A stretch of 64,000 nt of DNA, from contig CACLRL010000004.1 in assembly GCA_902609285.1 (NCBI GenBank), forward strand, positions 2,796 to 66,795, in the 5' to 3' direction. The translations under genes were made by a program, and so were the position numbers. A model generated the notes under the pieces. That model was not told where the DNA came from, ran no database searches, and saw only the letters and a list, made by a program, of their open reading frames with translations. The stretch is from an uncultured Candidatus Actinomarina sp. (GTDB lineage: Bacteria > Actinomycetota > Acidimicrobiia > Actinomarinales > Actinomarinaceae). This document shows positions 58,877 to 64,000 of this stretch, piece after piece. Positions within the stretch are counted from its first letter, which is position 1. Every line of letters begins with the position of its first letter.

Positions 58877-59745
58877 AAAAATACGTTGTAATTCATAATA
58901 AAAATTCAAGAGGTAAGAAGTTATCCCAAGATGAAATTGAAAAATTATTTTCTAGCCATAACTTAAGTGCAGTTGTATATCAAACATCTAAAGCATCTAA
59001 AGTAGAAGAAATAATTTTAAATCACAAAAACGATAGTGTCATCTTCTGTGCAATAGGAGGTGATGGCACGCTTAGTAATTTAATCGATAACTTACTAAAA
59101 AATAATGTTAGTAATCCTGAGGTTGCTTGTCTTCCTTCTGGTAGTGGATCTGATTTCATGAGAACATTTGCTTTTCCAAAAAATATCAATGAGGGTATTA
59201 AAAGGCTTAAAAATGATCAAAATTATAAAATTGATGTTGCACACATAAGCTCTTCTAATAACAGTAGATATTTTGTAAATGTTTTAAATTATGGTTTTTT
59301 GGCAGATACAGTACATACAAGTGAAAGTCTTCCGAGAATGTTTAAACGATTTAGATATCCTATTAGTTTTTGGTTAAAACTCTTACCTGCAAAAAGTATG
59401 TTATTTCAAATTGAAAATGATAGATTCAACTTCAATAATTTGGCTTTTAATATATCAATCTGTAATGGTCAATTTTTTGGCGGTGGTTGGAATATTTCAC
59501 CAAAATCAAGCCTTCAAGATGGATTATTAAATATTCAAATATTTAAAGTTACAAAGCTAAAAGCTATGAAATTATTTTTTCTAGCTAAAAAAGGTCTTCA
59601 CCTGACAGAACCAGACGTAATTTTAAAAAAATCAAATAAACTGACATTATTAACCCCAAATACAATTGAAGTTGACGGAGATTACTTCGACCAGGGACCA
59701 GCTGAGATAAATGTTAAAAAAGAAGCTATATTATTAAAAATTTAG
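58873..59745 (+). CDS. Diacylglycerol/lipid kinase family protein (DAGK_cat)
   Basis: The GGDGT motif (AIGGDGTLSNL), and PSGSGSDF. Confidence 0.8.
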   Translation: MKKYVVIHNKNSRGKKLSQDEIEKLFSSHNLSAVVYQTSKASKVEEIILNHKNDSVIFCAIGGDGTLSNLIDNLLKNNVSNPEVACLPSGSGSDFMRTFAFPKNINEGIKRLKNDQNYKIDVAHISSSNNSRYFVNVLNYGFLADTVHTSESLPRMFKRFRYPISFWLKLLPAKSMLFQIENDRFNFNNLAFNISICNGQFFGGGWNISPKSSLQDGLLNIQIFKVTKLKAMKLFFLAKKGLHLTEPDVILKKSNKLTLLTPNTIEVDGDYFDQGPAEINVKKEAILLKI

Positions 59746-59775
59746 TATTATTCTTACAGAAATTTAAGGAGAAAC

Positions 59776-60132
59776 ATGGCGGATAAAGATATTGAAGAGA
59801 TAGAAGAGCCTACCATGGAAGACCTCGAAGAAGATTCTGAAGAAAACGAATCTCCTCCAGAGGAGGAAGAAAAAGAAGAAGTTGAGACAGAATCACTTGA
59901 AGCCCGTGTTGAGACCGAAAAAAAATCAGTAGATGATAATGATGAAGCTGAAGGCTCATTTATGTCAGTTGATGCAGCAGAAAAAAGGAATGTAAAAAGT
60001 TCCGATTTAAAATTAGATGAAACAGCAGAAGATATACAAGCTGATGAATTTACATGTTCTATATGTTTTTTGGTTTTGAAAAGAACTCAGCTTGAAAAAC
60101 CTAGAGCTAAGGTGTGTTCGGACTGTGCATGA
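59776..60132 (+). CDS. DUF4193-like acidic protein with C-terminal CxxC...CxxC
   Basis: AAGGAG RBS. The N-terminus is highly acidic, and the C-terminus reads DEFTCSICFLVLKRTQL...VCSDCA. Confidence 0.7.
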   Translation: MADKDIEEIEEPTMEDLEEDSEENESPPEEEEKEEVETESLEARVETEKKSVDDNDEAEGSFMSVDAAEKRNVKSSDLKLDETAEDIQADEFTCSICFLVLKRTQLEKPRAKVCSDCA

Positions 60133-60589
60133 ATCAAAATTTGAAGATTTTGGTTTAACCTTTGAAATATTAGAAAAAGATAAACCACCATCAGTCCTCC
60201 AAAAAAAATTTAATAACGAAATAGGCAAGATTGATACTGTACTATTTAGTTACTATCAAAATATTGTAAAAGATTATGATTCAAAACATTATGTATTAAC
60301 TTATAAAGCTTCAGACAACATTAACGATATAGGATATGCAAGAATCGTTATCGATGAGTTTTATTGGAACTTATATGAAATATTCATTGAATATGATTTT
60401 AGAGAACTTGGCCTAGGGACCCAACTCTTCGAATATATAAATAATCAATCTAAATCTTCCAAATCAGAGATTAGAACTTATGCATTACCTAGTGATAGAC
60501 AAGCGAAAAATTTCTATGAAAGCAATTCAATAACTGCAAAACTTTTAATTATGGAAAGAAAACGTGAACACAATCGCTACAGACCTTGA
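60092..60589 (+). CDS. GNAT-family N-acetyltransferase
   Basis: Acetyl-CoA motif region FRELGLGTQLFEYI. The longest-ORF TTG start overlaps the upstream gene by 41 nt, so the real start may be GTG 60125. Confidence 0.6.
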   Translation: MKNLELRCVRTVHESKFEDFGLTFEILEKDKPPSVLQKKFNNEIGKIDTVLFSYYQNIVKDYDSKHYVLTYKASDNINDIGYARIVIDEFYWNLYEIFIEYDFRELGLGTQLFEYINNQSKSSKSEIRTYALPSDRQAKNFYESNSITAKLLIMERKREHNRYRP

Positions 60590-61325
60590 TGGGACTATTT
60601 ATTTAAATAATGAAATTATCCCTGGCGTAATTGAATCATTACTTGATCTTGATAAACATAATTTAAAAATAATATTTATAACCAACAACAGTTCGCAAGC
60701 TCCTATGGAAATTAGTAACAAGTTAGAGAAACTATTGTTAAGAGATATTGATTTAGATCAAATAGTCACGCCTTTAGTTATTCTAAAACAGTATTTAGAA
60801 AACAAAAACATGATGATTTATGTTCATGGATCGGAAAATTTATCAAACTTCGTAAATAGTATTGCTAATGTAACAACAAATATTGATGAATCTCAAATGG
60901 TCTTAATAGGTAGAAAAGAGAAATATACACAGTTAGAAGTAAATAATATTATGAGTGCTTATCAAAATGGATGTAATATCTACGCTTTAAATAAAGACTT
61001 AACATTTCCAATTAATGAATTTGAGTTTGAAGAGGGAAATGGTGCAATTGTAAAAGAGATAGAAAAATTACTAAATATTGAGATTCAATCATTTGGTAAG
61101 CCAGATAAATTTTACTCTAATTTCCTGCTTAGAAATTTTGAAAATATAGCCTATGTAATTGGCGATAGGGTAGATACTGACATACTTTTAGCTAATGAAA
61201 TAAATGCTAAATCTTATCTTGTTAACTCCTCAATTCAAAATTATCTAAGTGATGAAATCGCAGATTTTAAGTTTGATAAATTTTCAGATTGTATATCTTC
61301 TATAATTAAAAATCTTCAGAATTAA
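60564..61325 (+). CDS. HAD-IIA (NagD-like) phosphatase
   Basis: GTG start. Motif I is TDLDGTIY, followed by TNNS, GKPD and GDRVDTDI. Confidence 0.8.
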   Translation: MNTIATDLDGTIYLNNEIIPGVIESLLDLDKHNLKIIFITNNSSQAPMEISNKLEKLLLRDIDLDQIVTPLVILKQYLENKNMMIYVHGSENLSNFVNSIANVTTNIDESQMVLIGRKEKYTQLEVNNIMSAYQNGCNIYALNKDLTFPINEFEFEEGNGAIVKEIEKLLNIEIQSFGKPDKFYSNFLLRNFENIAYVIGDRVDTDILLANEINAKSYLVNSSIQNYLSDEIADFKFDKFSDCISSIIKNLQN

Positions 61326-61991
61326 ATATCCAACAATAAAACCTCCAATATGAGCTTCCCATGAAATATTTGTATTTTGTAGTGCTATCAATATTTGTGA
61401 TATAAACCAAAAAATCATGAAAAATTTCGCTTTTATAGTTGTTGGAAATAAAAATCCAAATGGGACAAGTACAAGTAACTGAGCATTTGGAAATAAATAT
61501 AGATATGCACCCATTAATGCAGATACTATCCCTGATGCTCCTACTATAGGATTAATATCAAACGAATTCAGAATGATGTGCGAAAACATGCTTGCTAAAC
61601 CAGTAAAAATTAAAAAGATTATAAATCTAATTTTTCCTAATTTATCTTCAATGTTATTTCCAAAAATCCAAAAACTCCATAGATTACCTAATATATGAAC
61701 AAAATTTGCATGAAACATGTTTGAAAACAGTAAGCTTAAAAATATATTTTTATTTTCAAATACAATATTGGAACTTTTTAATGTGCATTCATTGTTGTAA
61801 AACTGATCTAATGATAGGGGTTGATTGTTAAATACTTCACATGGAATTGCGGCAAATTCATAGAAAAAATTAAAAAGTTCATTGGGGTTTCTTGGTTGAA
61901 TTAAAACGTATACCAATATTGAAAGAAATATAAAAATTCTTGAGATAACCGGATTATTTTTCGGGGGATTTATATCTGATATTGGTATCAC
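61284..61991 (-). CDS. Rhomboid-family intramembrane serine protease
   Basis: HANFVHILGNL, the catalytic GASGIVSALMGAY, and the downstream H (EAHIGGF). Confidence 0.85.
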   Translation of the reverse strand: MIPISDINPPKNNPVISRIFIFLSILVYVLIQPRNPNELFNFFYEFAAIPCEVFNNQPLSLDQFYNNECTLKSSNIVFENKNIFLSLLFSNMFHANFVHILGNLWSFWIFGNNIEDKLGKIRFIIFLIFTGLASMFSHIILNSFDINPIVGASGIVSALMGAYLYLFPNAQLLVLVPFGFLFPTTIKAKFFMIFWFISQILIALQNTNISWEAHIGGFIVGYLILKIFNYRRYTI

Positions 61992-62027
61992 TTTGTACTC
62001 CTAACAAGATACGTATAATATATCCTA

Positions 62028-62828
62028 GTGAAGAATTTATTAATAATTTCATCAAAAAAGTATCTAACAAAAAAAATATCAAAAGATATATTTAAAATCT
62101 TGGATAAAAATAAATTTAATTATGCAACTCATGAAATTGATTCACTGGAAGAAAAAAAATACAGAAGTAATAAAATTGATTTAGTTATAAGCATAGGAGG
62201 AGATGGCACTGCATTAAAAGCTATGAGAATTGCATGGCAATTAAATAGTCCCTTAATAAATATTGGACCAGGCAGACTGGGATATTTAGTTAGCTCTCCA
62301 GATAATTTACAATCCATACTTAATGATTGGAATGGTAGCAATTATGAATTTGTTGAAAGAAAAGCAATTATTCAAAATGAAGATCAAAATTTCCCTTCAT
62401 TTAATGAAGTAGTCATAATAAAAAATTCTCCAACTAGGATACTTGATTTGGAAATCGAAACATACCAACAAAAGGTTAAACTAAGAGGCGATGGAATCAT
62501 TTTATCAACCTCGCTAGGCTCAACAGCATACAATTATTCTGCAGGTGGTCCGATCATTCAAAATAATATTGATGTAATCTCGATAACTCCAATATCACCT
62601 TTTTCCAAATTTCCAAGATCGATAGTAGTAAATAAAGATTCTCTAATAAATATATCTATTAACAAAAATCAAGATTATGCAATTCAATTTGATGGTGTTG
62701 CAGAGATACAAGAAAAAAATACTGAAAATACTAAATATTCTTATAATTTGTCTAATAAATCAGTAAAAATTTTAGGCACTGATAACAATCCAAAACTTGA
62801 TTTATTTCTTAATCAAATTTTAAGATAG
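62028..62828 (+). CDS. nadK: NAD kinase
   Basis: GTG start. GGDGT (SIGGDGTALKA), NEVVI and GDGIILSTSLGSTAYNYSAGGPI motifs. Confidence 0.9.
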   Translation: MKNLLIISSKKYLTKKISKDIFKILDKNKFNYATHEIDSLEEKKYRSNKIDLVISIGGDGTALKAMRIAWQLNSPLINIGPGRLGYLVSSPDNLQSILNDWNGSNYEFVERKAIIQNEDQNFPSFNEVVIIKNSPTRILDLEIETYQQKVKLRGDGIILSTSLGSTAYNYSAGGPIIQNNIDVISITPISPFSKFPRSIVVNKDSLINISINKNQDYAIQFDGVAEIQEKNTENTKYSYNLSNKSVKILGTDNNPKLDLFLNQILR

Positions 62829-62865
62829 TACTTTGATTTAATTCTTTACCTGTTAAAGTTTCAAT

Positions 62866-64000
62866 GTGACCAAATACATTTTTGTAACTGGTGGTGTAGT
62901 CTCTGGTCTTGGAAAAGGGATTACATCTGCATCTCTTGGAAACCTACTAAAATCTCGTGGATTATCTGTAATTAATCAAAAACTAGATCCATATATAAAT
63001 GTAGATCCAGACACAATGAATCCATTTCAACATGGAGAAGTATTTGTAACTGAAGATGGAGCTACAACTGATCTAGATTTAGGCCATTATGAGAGATTTA
63101 CAGGTGTTAATTTAAGAAAAGACTCTAATGTCACTACAGGGAGTATTTACAGAAAAGTTATTGAGAGTGAAAGAAAAGGTGACTATTTAGGTGCAACAGT
63201 TCAAGTAATTCCTCATATTACAGATGAAATCAAAAGAAGAATTAAGGGAATTTCAAATGATATAGATGTACAAATTACAGAAATCGGTGGAACTGTTGGT
63301 GATATTGAAATCCTTCCATTTTTAGAAGCCGCACGTCAAATTCGAAAAGAATTAGGAAGTGAAAATGTCATGTTTATACATGTTACTTTGGTTCCATTTA
63401 TTGGACCAAGTACGGAGTTGAAAACTAAACCAACGCAACATTCAGTAACTTTACTAAGGGCAGCGGGAATTTCTCCAGATTTGATAGTTCTACGATCTGA
63501 TAGAGAATTAAATGAAGAAATAAAAAGTAAAGTTTCATTATTTTGTGATGTATCTTTGTCGAATGTCATCAATGCTCCTGATTTGGATGATATTTATGAA
63601 GTCCCATTGAGAATGTTTGACGAAGGATTAGATAATGCTGTGAATGATCGTTTAAAACTTAATTCAAACTCCCAAGACTTATCCCAATGGAAAACAATGG
63701 TTGATTTAAAACAGAATGCTATAAACACGGTAAAAATTGCAATACTTGGTAAATATTTTGGATTGCCTGACAGCTACCTCTCAGTTGTTGAATCGTTAAA
63801 GCATTCTTGTTTACAAAACAATGTGAAACTAGATCTTCACTGGATAGATGCAGATAATTTCGAATTAAATTCACTTGCTGACATGGATGGTGTAATAGTT
63901 CCTGGAGGTTTTGGATATAGGGGTATAGAAGGAAAGATATCAGCAATACAGTACATCAGAGAAAACAAGATTCCTTTCCTAGGAATTTGTCTAGGGTTGC
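62866..64000 (+). CDS. pyrG: CTP synthase (3' end outside window)
   Basis: Not in the ORF track because no stop lies in the window. GTG 62866 gives [25 protein letters not shown]...[25 protein letters not shown]...[12 protein letters not shown]...PFLGICLGL. The frame is open to nt 64000. Confidence 0.95.
   Translation, partial: MTKYIFVTGGVVSGLGKGITSASLGNLLKSRGLSVINQKLDPYINVDPDTMNPFQHGEVFVTEDGATTDLDLGHYERFTGVNLRKDSNVTTGSIYRKVIESERKGDYLGATVQVIPHITDEIKRRIKGISNDIDVQITEIGGTVGDIEILPFLEAARQIRKELGSENVMFIHVTLVPFIGPSTELKTKPTQHSVTLLRAAGISPDLIVLRSDRELNEEIKSKVSLFCDVSLSNVINAPDLDDIYEVPLRMFDEGLDNAVNDRLKLNSNSQDLSQWKTMVDLKQNAINTVKIAILGKYFGLPDSYLSVVESLKHSCLQNNVKLDLHWIDADNFELNSLADMDGVIVPGGFGYRGIEGKISAIQYIRENKIPFLGICLGL

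Noticed and set aside
63336-63946. Minus-strand ORFs 63336..63572 and 63719..63946.
   Set aside because: They are antisense to the open pyrG frame, which translates into a textbook CTP synthase from 62866 to the window end.
1-64000. An alternative genetic code or recoding (TGA as sense, selenocysteine, programmed frameshifts).
   Set aside because: TGA terminates many well-delimited genes through numerous ATGA/GTGA stop-start overlaps. All conserved genes are uninterrupted in the standard code, and I saw no split genes.
1-64000. CRISPR arrays, IS elements or transposases, integrases, prophage genes, toxin-antitoxin or known defence modules, rRNA, and riboswitch-sized leaders.
   Set aside because: By eye I saw no repeat-spacer periodicity and no recombinase or transposase motifs in any ORF. 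Apart from the mraZ-rsmH element and the region holding small ORFs at 53124-53364, no non-coding stretch exceeds about 112 nt. A computational repeat and Rfam scan would still be needed to be certain.

Overview
This is an AT-rich, very gene-dense chromosomal segment. About 75 protein genes, 2 tRNAs and almost no non-coding DNA are present. Gene order matches conserved actinobacterial core blocks: (1) the dcw division/cell-wall cluster mraZ-rsmH-ftsL-ftsI-murE-mraY-murD-ftsW-murG-murC-murB-ftsQ-ftsZ-pgeF-yggS-sepF-yggT; (2) ileS / traR-dksA-like / lspA / rluA-family / dnaE; (3) thyX, nth, ccdA; (4) polA-rpsA-coaE-uvrB-uvrA-uvrC-rapZ-pgk-tpiA-gpmA-secG; (5) guaC plus a small redox cluster; (6) trmI / ferredoxin / pafB-pafC-like / tatA-tatC / helY-like helicase / lipid kinase; (7) DUF4193, GNAT, HAD, rhomboid, nadK and the 5' part of pyrG. 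The composition, pervasive 1-14 nt gene overlaps and shortened proteins suggest a streamlined, probably marine planktonic, actinobacterium. That taxonomic placement is inferred from synteny only. I found no CRISPR array, transposase, integrase, prophage, toxin-antitoxin pair or recognisable defence system, and no convincing novel multi-gene system. The best leads are sequence-level oddities in a core region. They are a GC-rich nested-hairpin RNA element between mraZ and rsmH, a 44-residue lysine-rich N-terminal extension on FtsZ, and a tRNA-Leu with an A34 (AAG) anticodon. There are also clean absences at conserved syntenic positions (murF, divIVA, yvcK/whiA/gap, and the whole Pup-proteasome block). 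In addition, uvrB-uvrA-uvrC form one coupled array, all eight convergent gene junctions overlap, and a chain of coupled tiny membrane ORFs is missing from the ORF track. Product calls rest on motifs I could read in the translations and on gene order. No database search was run.
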